A stretch of DNA of 47,035 nt from Abditibacteriaceae bacterium. GTDB taxonomy: Bacteria > Armatimonadota > Abditibacteriia > Abditibacteriales > Abditibacteriaceae. The DNA lies in assembly GCA_031372065.1 (NCBI GenBank), contig JANMKN010000192.1, positions 1-47,035 on the forward strand. The letters are read 5' to 3'. A program made the translations under genes and the position numbers. Of this stretch, positions 1-9,015 are shown piece after piece. Each line of letters starts with the position of its first letter. Within the stretch, counting starts at the first letter, position 1. The notes below the pieces were generated by a model, which saw only the letters and a list, made by a program, of their open reading frames with translations, was not told the origin of the DNA and made no database searches.

Positions 1-430
1 TAAATCACGTTTAGCGTGCGCTAATTACGATTTAGCGTGCGCTAATTACGATTTAGCGTGCGCCAATTACGATTTAGCATGCGCCAATTACGATTTAGCG
101 TGCGCCAAACGTGATTTAGCGTGCGCTAAATCACGTTTAGCGTGCGCTAATTACGATTTAGCGTGCGCTAAATCACGTTTGGCGTGCGCCAAATGACTTT
201 TTTGCTTCCCCGAACAGTCGTCGGGCGCGCCAAATGACTTTTTCGGCTCCCAAAAATCACGTTTGGCGCGCCCGACGCATTTTTTTGCTCCCCGAAAAGT
301 CGTTGAGCGCGCCCGACGTGTTTTTTTGCTCCCAGAAAACGCTCCTCGCAGGCGCGAGGCCTTTTTTCGGAGCAAAAAAACGCGTTTCCGGCGGTCAACG
401 AGCTTTTGGGGAGCAAAAAAACGCGTTTCC
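1..430. repeat. Degenerate 21-bp tandem array A (runs off the window start)
   Basis: Nine near-identical units (t/c)aa-N7-tt(a/g)gc(g/a)tgcgc at 1-189, then degenerate alternating units. GGAGCAAAAAAACGCGTTTCC is exact at 369-389 and 410-430. Confidence 0.95.
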
Positions 431-605
431 CGGCGCTCTGCCCGCTTAATCCAATATACAAGAGGTCTGAATCATCTATGAATCGCGAAATTTTCGATGT
501 CATTTCGAATGCGAAACCCATCGCATTTTGGGCGGCGCCTTTCTCTTGTTCGAAGGCGGCGAAATGGCGGCGGTGCTGCAAATCGCCATGATGGGAAATT
601 TGCCT

Positions 606-624
606 TTGTAAACACTTGTAAACA
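606..624 (+). promoter_or_regulatory. Direct repeat, candidate transcription-factor site
   Basis: TTGTAAACA at 606-614 and 616-624 (10-bp period), about 55 bp upstream of the ATG at 678. Confidence 0.35.
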
Positions 625-677
625 GCGAATCAAAGGCGTAGTAAAATTATCCAATAGCAACAGTTTCAAGGAGAACC

Positions 678-1301
678 ATGCAAATTAAGAAATTTATCGT
701 CGTTTCGCTTTTGGCAGGCGCTTTGAGCCTTGGCGCTCAAGCGCAACCCAACGTCAATAACGGTCAGGCCGTTAATCCGCCGAATCAAGTGCCTTTTGGC
801 GGCCTAAACGGGCAAGATTGGCAAAAAATGACGCCCGAACAGCGTCGCGAAGCCATGCTCAAGATAACCGAGCAAATGCTGCGCGGTGGCATGGATATGT
901 TGAATGTCCAAGACAAAGCCACGCAAGATGCCGTTGTCGCCTTCGCGATTGAACAGGAAAAAGCCTTGGAGCCGGTGCGCGAAAAGCATCGCAAAGTGGC
1001 GCAATCGCTTATCAATAACGCAGTGACCGAGCAGCAAGTTGGTGCTTTAATGGAAGAATTGCGCGTCGCCGAAACCGAGGCGCGCGACAAACGAGGGAAA
1101 GACATTGACGCGCTGGAAAAACAAATTCATTTTTCACAAAAACCGCGTCTTTCGGCCTTGTTGTCGCTTTCAGGTTTGACTGGCGAACAAACTGGCTTTA
1201 TGAACGGCGTTTTGGGCAATATCATGGCGAGCATGGCGAATGTGCAAGCCAATGCCGCGCTGCCGAATTTACCCGCTGGGCCACCACGCGCGGCGAATTA
1301 G
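678..1301 (+). CDS. Secreted helical hypothetical protein (Spy/CpxP-like composition)
   Basis: AAGGAG RBS, Sec signal ending GAQA, Met/Gln-rich 'MTPEQRREAM' helical region. Confidence 0.8.
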   Translation: MQIKKFIVVSLLAGALSLGAQAQPNVNNGQAVNPPNQVPFGGLNGQDWQKMTPEQRREAMLKITEQMLRGGMDMLNVQDKATQDAVVAFAIEQEKALEPVREKHRKVAQSLINNAVTEQQVGALMEELRVAETEARDKRGKDIDALEKQIHFSQKPRLSALLSLSGLTGEQTGFMNGVLGNIMASMANVQANAALPNLPAGPPRAAN

Positions 1302-1320
1302 GTTGCTGACAGTGGAAAAA

Positions 1321-1349
1321 GTAGGGACGTGATTCATTCACGTCTCTAC
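1321..1349 (+). repeat. GTAG-type REP-like palindrome
   Basis: GTAGGGACGTGA-TTCAT-TCACGTCTCTAC, 12-bp stem with one G.U, just after the stop at 1301. Confidence 0.65.
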
Positions 1350-1426
1350 CATGATGGTCGTTGAGCTTTGCTTCTGGCGAAGAATTGAGCAAGAGTGCCC
1401 TGTCAAAAACATTTTAAACTGCAATT

Positions 1427-3871
1427 ATGCGATTCTTTCATCGAATCTTGTGCGCCGTGCTGTTTTTGAATGCCGCTGCCCGCGCCGACACGCAGTGGAT
1501 TCCCATTAACAACGATTTGCCGCGTTTGGCGCAAATCAAAAAAGTAGATTATCTGCGCGAAGTGCATCCGCTTTTGCAGGAAAAGTGCGGCAATTGCCAT
1601 CTGAACGGCAAAAGCAAAGGCGGTTTGCGCCTTGATTCGCGCGAGGCGATTCTCAAAGGCGGCGAAAGTGGCCCGGCTGCCGTAGCCGGCGATGCCAAAA
1701 ATTCGCTGCTTCTCAAACTGGTCCAAGGCCACGATCCCAACCGCCTCATGCCGCCTGTTGGCCCGAAACTCACGCCGCAGGAAACTGAAATTCTGCGCGT
1801 GTGGATTGAGGGCGGCCTCTCGTTTGAAGGCGCCGCGCCTGCTGCTTACAAACCGCAACTGGCGCCGCGCGAAGTCCAAGTGCCGCTCGGCAATGGCAGC
1901 GCCCTTGACCGCGTTTTGGCTGCGTATTTCAAAGAACACGATGTCAAAATGGCCGCGCCGGTGAGTGATCGCGTTTTTGCGCGGCGCGTTTATTTGGATT
2001 TAATCGGGCTTTTGCCCGCGCCTGCCGAATTAAACGCTTTTATTGATGATAAAACGCCCGACAAACGCGAAAAACTCGTGCGAAATTTGCTTTCGCGTGA
2101 CGACGATTACGCGACGCATTGGCTGACTTTTTGGAACGATGCCTTGCGCAACGATTACGCTGGCACGGGCTACATTGACGGCGGGCGCAAGCAGATTACC
2201 AACTGGCTTTACGAGGCGCTGAAAACCAATAAATCCTACGATAAATTCGTGGGCGAGCTGATTAATCCGACGCCCGAATCGGAAGGTTTCACCAAAGGCA
2301 TTATCTGGCGCGGCACCGTCAACGCCAGCCAAACGCCGCCGATGCAAGCCTCGCAAAATATCTCGCAGGTTTTTCTCGGCATAAACATGAAATGTGCCTC
2401 GTGTCACGACAGTTTCACCAGCGACTGGAAATTGGCCGATGCTTACGGTTTGGCTGGCATTTACGCCGATGCGCCCTTAGAAATGGTGCGCTGCGATGTG
2501 CCGCTGGGCAAAATCGCGCCGGTGAAATTTCTTTATCCCGAACTCGGCACCATTGATGGCAACGCGCCGCGCGGCGAACGCCTGACACAATTGGCGCGCG
2601 CCTTAACTTCCAACCAAAATGGGCGCTTTGCGCGCACTGTTGTCAACCGCGTGTGGGCGCGTTTAATGGGGCGCGGCTTAATTGAGCCAACCGACGAAAT
2701 GGATCGCCGCCCGTGGAGCGAAGATTTGCTCGATTTTCTGGCAAGTGATTTTGTGCGCAATGGCTACGACCTCAAAAAATTGATGCTTACTATCGCCACT
2801 TCGCGCGCTTATCAAATGTCCTCGGCAGCAGGCAGCGAAAGCAGCGAAAAATATGTTTTCACCGGGCCAGCCGTCAAGCGTTTGAGCGCCGAACAATTCG
2901 CCGATGCGCTTTACACTCTCACCGGCGCGTGGCCGCAAATGCCCGCCGCGCCTCTTGGCGGCGGCAAAGCGCTAAACATCGGCGCTAAATGGATTTGGAA
3001 CACGCCAAACGCCGCTAAATCTGTTCCCGGCGGCCATATTTTCGTGCGCAAAACGTTTTCCTTGCTCGAAGTGCCGCTTTTAGCGCCCGCGACGATGAGT
3101 TGCGACAACGAATTTATTTTGTGGGTCAACGGCAAAAAAGCCGCAGCGGGCGCCGACTGGCAAAACCCCGTTTCACTCAATTTAAAACCGCTGCTCAAAA
3201 AAGGCCAAAACACCATCGCCGTGCAAGCAATCAACTGGCCTGATGCCGAACTGCAAAAGGGCTTGAATATCCAAGGCGAAAGCCCGTCGGGTTTCATCTT
3301 TTCGGCGTTGCTGCGCTTTGAAAAAGCGCCCGAACAAACCTTAAACAGCGACGCGACATGGCAAGTCGCAGTCAACGCGCCCGCCGGTTGGGAGAAACCC
3401 GATTTTGCCGCTACCGCTTGGCAAAACGCGACGGAACTTTTCGAGGTGAGCGGCGGGCCTTGGAAACTCGGCGAGCAACTCGGTCTGGCTTTAGGCCGCC
3501 AAGTTTATGATCGCCCAATTCGCGCCGCGCTTTTGAAAGCCGATACTTTAACCGTCGCTTTGGGCCGTCCAAACCGCGAAGTGGCTGTCACAACGCGGCC
3601 TTCGCAAGCCACTACTTTGCAAGCCCTCGAACTCACCAATGGCCGCACCCTTTCGGCACTTCTGCAAGCGGGCGCCGCGCGCGCATTAGAAGAATCGAAC
3701 GATCCAAAAGTCATTGCCACTAACCTATGGCAGCGCGCTTTAGGCCGCGCACCGAACGATCAAGAATTGAAAGAAGCGATGGCTCTTATCGGCAACCCGG
3801 CCTCGCCCCAAGGCGTCGAAGACTTGCTGTGGGTTTTAACCATGCTGCCCGAATTTCAGTTGATTTATTGA
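1427..3871 (+). CDS. Planctomycete-type cytochrome c / DUF1549-DUF1553 (PSD1) protein with an inserted lectin-like domain
   Basis: Signal peptide; CGNCH then KSKGGLRLD; RRVYLDLIGLLP; second heme motif CASCHD; FARTVVNRVWARLMGRGL; KRLSAEQFADAL; QALELTNG. Confidence 0.9.
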   Translation: MRFFHRILCAVLFLNAAARADTQWIPINNDLPRLAQIKKVDYLREVHPLLQEKCGNCHLNGKSKGGLRLDSREAILKGGESGPAAVAGDAKNSLLLKLVQGHDPNRLMPPVGPKLTPQETEILRVWIEGGLSFEGAAPAAYKPQLAPREVQVPLGNGSALDRVLAAYFKEHDVKMAAPVSDRVFARRVYLDLIGLLPAPAELNAFIDDKTPDKREKLVRNLLSRDDDYATHWLTFWNDALRNDYAGTGYIDGGRKQITNWLYEALKTNKSYDKFVGELINPTPESEGFTKGIIWRGTVNASQTPPMQASQNISQVFLGINMKCASCHDSFTSDWKLADAYGLAGIYADAPLEMVRCDVPLGKIAPVKFLYPELGTIDGNAPRGERLTQLARALTSNQNGRFARTVVNRVWARLMGRGLIEPTDEMDRRPWSEDLLDFLASDFVRNGYDLKKLMLTIATSRAYQMSSAAGSESSEKYVFTGPAVKRLSAEQFADALYTLTGAWPQMPAAPLGGGKALNIGAKWIWNTPNAAKSVPGGHIFVRKTFSLLEVPLLAPATMSCDNEFILWVNGKKAAAGADWQNPVSLNLKPLLKKGQNTIAVQAINWPDAELQKGLNIQGESPSGFIFSALLRFEKAPEQTLNSDATWQVAVNAPAGWEKPDFAATAWQNATELFEVSGGPWKLGEQLGLALGRQVYDRPIRAALLKADTLTVALGRPNREVAVTTRPSQATTLQALELTNGRTLSALLQAGAARALEESNDPKVIATNLWQRALGRAPNDQELKEAMALIGNPASPQGVEDLLWVLTMLPEFQLIY

Positions 3872-3881
3872 GGTAACTTGG

Positions 3882-4139
3882 ATGCTGATAATGAGCGAGG
3901 AACAAAAGAAAAATTGGGAGTTTGCCAAGCAACTCAGCCGCAATGTGCGCGCAGATGCTGATTCTCCGTATGCCGGAAAATATGTGGGCATCCAACGCGA
4001 ACAAGTTTTGGCGGTGGCAGACACGCCAGAGGAACTCCACGCTAATTTGCAAGCACAGGGGGCTGACTTGGAAGCAGTAATGGTCATTCAAGCGAGCGTT
4101 GACCACGATCAAATTTATAAGCTCTGGAAGTGCGGCTAA
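3882..4139 (+). CDS. DUF5678-like small protein
   Basis: YAGKYVGI...VLAVADTPEEL pattern; GAGG RBS overlapping the upstream stop. Confidence 0.6.
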   Translation: MLIMSEEQKKNWEFAKQLSRNVRADADSPYAGKYVGIQREQVLAVADTPEELHANLQAQGADLEAVMVIQASVDHDQIYKLWKCG

Positions 4140-4540
4140 TGCCTCGCGCGACATGGCTTTTATACAATGATTTGCCTGTAGTTGAAATTCAACTGCAAGA
4201 CAATTTCGGCTTCATGCATAAACGTATTTTGTTGGCAGATACTGGTGCCGGGCCGCGTCATGCGCCATTTCAATTGGTGTTAAGCGAAGCCGACTGCAAA
4301 CTGCAAAATAGCCTGAGAGTAGATCAAGTAGCAATCGGTGGGGCGATTATTGGTAGCTTTGCGGTTTACCGTTTGGAAATTGGAATTCCTAATTTGAATC
4401 TTACTTGCCGAGTTTCCGTAGCCGCTGTTCCCGCAGGCGCCTTGCCGGAAGGTTTGCAAGGTATAGCGGCCTTTCGTTTCTTGAATAGTTTCACTTACGG
4501 CAATTTTGGCAACGAGAACGAGTTTGGTTTGGAGAGATAA
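4139..4540 (+). CDS. Retropepsin-like (clan AA) aspartyl protease
   Basis: LADTGA catalytic motif; C-terminal GIAAFRFLNSF resembles the hydrophobic-G-x-x-FL motif. ATG 4139 overlaps the upstream TAA (alternative GTG 4130). Confidence 0.65.
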   Translation: MPRATWLLYNDLPVVEIQLQDNFGFMHKRILLADTGAGPRHAPFQLVLSEADCKLQNSLRVDQVAIGGAIIGSFAVYRLEIGIPNLNLTCRVSVAAVPAGALPEGLQGIAAFRFLNSFTYGNFGNENEFGLER

Positions 4541-4543
4541 ATT

Positions 4544-5959
4544 ATGACGTTTTCCCGACGCAATTTTTTGAAAACGGCCAGTGCTGCAACTTTATCAGCA
4601 CTGGCTGCGCGGCCTTCGCAAGTGTGGGGCGTGGAGAAGCCTGAAAAAGTGGAAGCAACCGCCGACACGCTCATTGTTTTGTGGATGGCGGGCGGCATGG
4701 CGCATACCGAAACCTTCGACCCGAAGGCTTACACTCCGTTTGAAATCGGGCTTGACCCGAATCGGGTTTTGTCTACTTTTCCCGCCATTAACACTGCGGT
4801 AGACGGTATCAAATTCTCGCAGGGGTTGGAAAAAATGGCCTCGGTGATGAATCGCGGCACGCTGATTCGCACTTACACGGCGGCAGATTTGGGCAAAATT
4901 TTGCATTCGCGCCATCAATATCACTGGCATACGGGTTATGCGCCGCCACAAACTGTTGCCGCGCCGCATATCGGCTCGTTTATCGCGCGCACTTTGGGGC
5001 CGGTGAATCCGGCGATTCCGGCTTTTGTGGACATCGGGCAGCGTCTCGATTTGGGCGAAGGCGAAGAACTCAAAGCGTTTCATACTGCCGGTTTTTTGGG
5101 CAGCGAATACGGCCCGTTTTTGATTCCGCAACCGGCCCAGGCAATGGAAACCGTGCGCCCCGCGATGGAAGCCGGACGCTTTGCCAACCGGCAGGAAGTG
5201 TGGCGTCGCATGGTGGCCGATGGGCCATTGGGCGATGCGGGCGATTTTCAGAAAGAATCGCTGCTGCGCTCGATGGAAAACGCGCATCGTTTGCTCAGTT
5301 CTCCCGCCGCTAAAGCCTTCGATTTAACCCAAGAACCCAAAGAATCGTTTGATATTTACAACACGGGCCGCTTCGGACTTGGTTGTTTATTGGCGAAGCG
5401 CCTGACCGAAGCCGGGGCGCGTTTTATCGAAGTGACCAGCGAATATATTCCGTTTGAATATTGGGATTCGCACGAAAACGGTCACACGCGCGCCGAAATG
5501 ATGAAAAAGCAAATTGATGCGCCGATTGCTCAACTGATTCTCGATTTGGAAAAAAGCGGGCGACTTGACCGCACTTTGGTGGTTTTAGCCAGCGAATTTA
5601 GCCGCGATATGATGCTCGAAGGCCGTCCCGGTCAAAAAGTGCCCGACCAAGTCGTCGTGCCTGACAAAATGACCGAAATGAAGCATTACGGAATGCATCG
5701 CCACTTCACCGATGCCGGCAGCGTTTTGCTTTTTGGCGGCGGCATGAAAAAGGGCTATCTTTACGGCACCACAGCGGACGAGCGACCTTGCAAAACCATT
5801 GACAAGCCAGTTTATATCGCTGATTTGCACGCCACGATTTATCGCGCGATGGGCATTTCTCCCAAGCTGTCTTACGAAGTGGAACAACGCCCGTTTTATG
5901 TCACGCACGACGGCAAAGGTGTGCCCATTAAAGAATTATTTGCGCGCGAATTAATTTAA
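4544..5959 (+). CDS. DUF1501 family protein, Tat-exported
   Basis: SRRNFLK Tat motif; LWMAGGMAHTETFDPK; FGLGCLLAKRLTEAGARFIEV; WDSHEN; SEFSR. Confidence 0.92.
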   Translation: MTFSRRNFLKTASAATLSALAARPSQVWGVEKPEKVEATADTLIVLWMAGGMAHTETFDPKAYTPFEIGLDPNRVLSTFPAINTAVDGIKFSQGLEKMASVMNRGTLIRTYTAADLGKILHSRHQYHWHTGYAPPQTVAAPHIGSFIARTLGPVNPAIPAFVDIGQRLDLGEGEELKAFHTAGFLGSEYGPFLIPQPAQAMETVRPAMEAGRFANRQEVWRRMVADGPLGDAGDFQKESLLRSMENAHRLLSSPAAKAFDLTQEPKESFDIYNTGRFGLGCLLAKRLTEAGARFIEVTSEYIPFEYWDSHENGHTRAEMMKKQIDAPIAQLILDLEKSGRLDRTLVVLASEFSRDMMLEGRPGQKVPDQVVVPDKMTEMKHYGMHRHFTDAGSVLLFGGGMKKGYLYGTTADERPCKTIDKPVYIADLHATIYRAMGISPKLSYEVEQRPFYVTHDGKGVPIKELFARELI

Positions 5960-5997
5960 GGCCCAAACTGCAAGCGCAATTAAAATCGAGGTAGAAA

Positions 5998-6591
5998 ATG
6001 GCGACTACAATCACGGAAAACTTGCCTCTTATCGGACGGCGCAGCTTCTCGGCTCAGGAATACGACCGTCTGGCGGAACTCGGCTTTTTCGATGACGAAA
6101 AACTCGAATTGATCGAGGGAGAGATCATTCCAAAAATGACACATAATCCACCACACGCGACGGCCTTATATAAGGCCCAAATCATCCTGATGCGTGTTTT
6201 TCAAGGAGGCTTCATGGTGCGCGTTCAGTTGCCGCTGGCATTAGGCCCGCGCAGCCGCCCTGAGCCGGATGTTTGCGTGGTGCAGGGCCAACCCGAAGAT
6301 TTCGCGCGCGCTCACCCGACAGCGGCTGTTTTGGCGCTTGAAGTTTCTGATTCCACCTTGCGCCAAGACCGCGAAACCAAATCAGCGCTCTATGCGCGCC
6401 ATAATATCGCCGAATATTGGATTGTGAATTTGATAGACGGCACGCTCGAAGTTTTTCGCAACCCCGCCGCACAAGAAGGCACCTTACTGGGACACGCTTA
6501 TCAAGAGCAACGCGTATTGCGCGCCGGAGAAAGCATCGCGCCGCTGCTAAGACCAGAAAATTCCATCGACGTCGCCGATTTATTGCCGTGA
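5998..6591 (+). CDS. Uma2 (DUF820) family putative endonuclease
   Basis: ELIEGEI, PEPD, LEVSDSTLRQDR, K-x-x-LYARHNIAEYWIVNL. Confidence 0.92.
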   Translation: MATTITENLPLIGRRSFSAQEYDRLAELGFFDDEKLELIEGEIIPKMTHNPPHATALYKAQIILMRVFQGGFMVRVQLPLALGPRSRPEPDVCVVQGQPEDFARAHPTAAVLALEVSDSTLRQDRETKSALYARHNIAEYWIVNLIDGTLEVFRNPAAQEGTLLGHAYQEQRVLRAGESIAPLLRPENSIDVADLLP

Positions 6592-7679
6592 AATTTTTGT
6601 GGCGTTATTGTGCGCTGATTTGCCTTTTGCTGGCCGCTCTCTTTGGTGTTTCCTGCTCGTCTCAAACTCCCTTTGGCGGCACAATTCCGACGCCCGGCAC
6701 CAATTGGAAAACAGGACGCGCAAAAATCAAATTGTCTGCGACGATGCTTGCTTCGTTGGATGCCGTCGAAGCGCACAATCCCCATTGCTTGGGCCTTTTG
6801 CGAACGCGCGGAAAAGCCGCGTATCGTTTGCAAACGTGTTTCCCTTTTGAAAAATCGCACGAAAGCGGAAGCGCTATTGATGTCGCTGTTGGCGACTGGA
6901 ACGATGATGGCAAAGTTGATTTGTTGGACGCGTGTTTAGTCGCTTCGAGTTTGGAATCGCGCGGTTGGCGCGGCAGTTTAGGCGTTTACGGGCACAAAAC
7001 AGCGCAAAGTGGCACATTTTGGGTGCATTGCGATGCCGACACGAATGGAAACGAGCGTTGGGGTGGTTTGCGTGATGAAAATAACCATAGTGCGCAAGCT
7101 GTGATTTGGTCGGCGCAAGAACTGGCTTTGCCCGTGCGATGCAAGGAAAGCGGCCTGAAAGCGCGTCAATTGCGCCTCGAAGTGCAAAAACAACCGTCTT
7201 TGTGGCGCTTAGATAAGCAAGCGCAAACATTGAATTTGCATCCGGCAGTTTTAGTTTATGCGGGCAAAAGGCTCGTCAAAGCATATCCGGCGGCGCTGGG
7301 CTTTGATGCCATTGGCGACAAGCAAAAGCGCGATGATTATCGCACACCCGAAGGCGAATTTTATCTGTGCGAACACAAGAAAAACAGCCAATTTTATCGC
7401 GCCTTGCGCCTCAGTTATCCCAACGCGGAAGATGCGGCGCGCGGCTTGCGTGCCGGGTTGATTGACCGAAGCACGCACAACCGCATCGCGCGCGCCATTC
7501 GCGAAAAACGTGTGCCGCCACAAGACACAAAACTCGGCGGCGACATCATGATTCACGGCGGCGGCATCGGGCGCAACTGGACATGGGGCTGCGTGGCGTT
7601 GGAAAATCAGAGTATCAAAGAATTATTCAACTTTTTGCCATCCGGCGTGCGCGTTACGGTGCGCGCCCCACAACGATAA
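6588..7679 (+). CDS. L,D-transpeptidase (YkuD) with an N-terminal M15-like Zn-peptidase domain, probable lipoprotein
   Basis: GTG 6588 overlaps the Uma2 stop (GTGA). Signal ends FGVSC; SHESGSAID and VHCD motifs; D-x-RTPEG, LSYPN, IHGG...WTWGCVAL. Confidence 0.8.
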   Translation: MKFLWRYCALICLLLAALFGVSCSSQTPFGGTIPTPGTNWKTGRAKIKLSATMLASLDAVEAHNPHCLGLLRTRGKAAYRLQTCFPFEKSHESGSAIDVAVGDWNDDGKVDLLDACLVASSLESRGWRGSLGVYGHKTAQSGTFWVHCDADTNGNERWGGLRDENNHSAQAVIWSAQELALPVRCKESGLKARQLRLEVQKQPSLWRLDKQAQTLNLHPAVLVYAGKRLVKAYPAALGFDAIGDKQKRDDYRTPEGEFYLCEHKKNSQFYRALRLSYPNAEDAARGLRAGLIDRSTHNRIARAIREKRVPPQDTKLGGDIMIHGGGIGRNWTWGCVALENQSIKELFNFLPSGVRVTVRAPQR

Positions 7680-7689
7680 AACGACTTTC

Positions 7690-7974
7690 ATGTTAGAGAT
7701 TTGCGCATTGTGCGAACGCGCCGTGGATTATTTGACGGTGCATCATTTGTTTCCAAAATCGCAAGGTCGCCGCGCCGGGCGCAAGATTTACGAATTACCC
7801 ACCGTGCGCCTTTGCCGCGCCTGTCATCGCCAATTGCACGCTTTGTTTTCCAACAAAGAATTGGCGCGCGAATTAGATTCGCCCGAAAAATTAAAAGCGC
7901 ATCCGGCGATGGAAACTTTTTTGGCTTGGGTGAAAAAACAAGACCCCAACAAGAAAATCAAAGTGCGCCGCTGA
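7690..7974 (+). CDS. Small HNH-like endonuclease (YisB-like)
   Basis: CALC...TVHHLFPK...LCRACHRQLH. Confidence 0.85.
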   Translation: MLEICALCERAVDYLTVHHLFPKSQGRRAGRKIYELPTVRLCRACHRQLHALFSNKELARELDSPEKLKAHPAMETFLAWVKKQDPNKKIKVRR

Positions 7975-7978
7975 AAAC

Positions 7979-8020
7979 GCAAAACGGCTCGCCTGATTTT
8001 CATCAGGCGAGCCGTTTTGC
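7979..8020. terminator. Bidirectional intrinsic terminator
   Basis: Perfect 19-bp stem GCAAAACGGCTCGCCTGAT-TTTC-ATCAGGCGAGCCGTTTTGC between convergent genes. Confidence 0.85.
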
Positions 8021-8032
8021 ATTTTGAATTTA

Positions 8033-8770
8033 CTACTGTGGCAAAGAGCAAGTGACACTCACTCCTCCGGGCGCCACCCACTCCGGACACAATTGGCGAT
8101 AAAGCTTATCTTGCCGCTGCGATTTGACATGACCATCGGCGTAGAGCGCGTTGTCCATGTCCAAATGCACCGCTTTACGGATGGTAAAACTCGTATTGGA
8201 CGAATAAACGTAAGGAGCCGCTGTCACGCTGGGTCTAAAGACAATGCGGCTTTCGACATAGGAATCAAGGCCATCATAAAGAACTACAGTTTCGGTAGGC
8301 TTAGTCAAAGTGGCTAAAGCCAAAGGTGTAGGCGGCGGCGGTGTCGCTCCTCCGCAATAGCTTACGGAAAACATATAACCCGCGCCCCAATAACTCATCG
8401 CATTAGTTGCTGTGGGGGGCGAGCCAGGCGAAGCCGTTCCGCTGGGACAGACAAAAATCTGCTTAGTCTTCACATAAGGTTGAATGCGAAAGGGCCATTC
8501 AAATCCGTCAGTAAAAGGCGCGCCGCCCGCGCCGCCTTTGCAGGATTGGCTGCTCACCGGATAATTTTCGTCATAATCCTGCGTGTATTGCGCAAACCCC
8601 AGAGAAAGCTGTTTCATATTATTCAGGCAGTTTGTTTTGCGCGCATTTTCACGGGCGCGGGCAAAAACGGGAAACAAAATCGCCGCGAGAAGCGCTATTA
8701 TCGCTATGACGACAAGCAATTCGATCAGCGTGAAACCACGGCGTGTTTGAGAAAAACAGTGAGAATTCAT
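8033..8770 (-). CDS. DUF1559 prepilin-type N-methylation protein with H-X9-DG motif
   Basis: [65 protein letters not shown]. Confidence 0.95.
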   Translation of the reverse strand: MNSHCFSQTRRGFTLIELLVVIAIIALLAAILFPVFARARENARKTNCLNNMKQLSLGFAQYTQDYDENYPVSSQSCKGGAGGAPFTDGFEWPFRIQPYVKTKQIFVCPSGTASPGSPPTATNAMSYWGAGYMFSVSYCGGATPPPPTPLALATLTKPTETVVLYDGLDSYVESRIVFRPSVTAAPYVYSSNTSFTIRKAVHLDMDNALYADGHVKSQRQDKLYRQLCPEWVAPGGVSVTCSLPQ

Positions 8771-9015
8771 AAGATTGTCTCCTGAAAGTGATGCTTTATT
8801 CTAACCACTTTGCTTGCACTTCAAACACGAATGCTATGCAATTTCGCTCAAAAGATGAGCCATTTTGCGTTTTCAAAAAATAAATCACAAAATTTAGAAA
8901 AATCAGGCGATTATCGTGTGATTTTGTAAGTAAAGTCTCGCATGATTCATTGAAACCTACGCACGATTAACTGAACCTATCACACGTTTTACAGAATCAT
9001 CCATGTGACTTGGCC

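Noticed and set aside
1..430. Array A (and B-E) as CRISPR arrays
   Set aside because: Variable parts are only about 7 nt and recur, there are no unique 25-45 nt spacers, and no cas genes are in the window.
151..688. Overlapping ORFs across array A and its flank
   Set aside because: Low-complexity translations of the repeat in several frames with no RBS or recognisable domain.
6417..6587. N-terminal extension of the L,D-transpeptidase ORF
   Set aside because: Arg-rich out-of-frame reading of the Uma2 gene; GTG 6588 gives a proper signal peptide.
5998..7974. Uma2 plus HNH as a restriction or defence island
   Set aside because: No methyltransferase or other defence genes; both families are common solo genes and a cell-wall enzyme lies between them.
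8940..9005. Weak 21-bp echo (GAAACCTACGCACG / GAACCTATCACACG) upstream of the DUF1559 gene
   Set aside because: Only two poorly matching copies; could be chance or an operator, too weak to call a sixth array.
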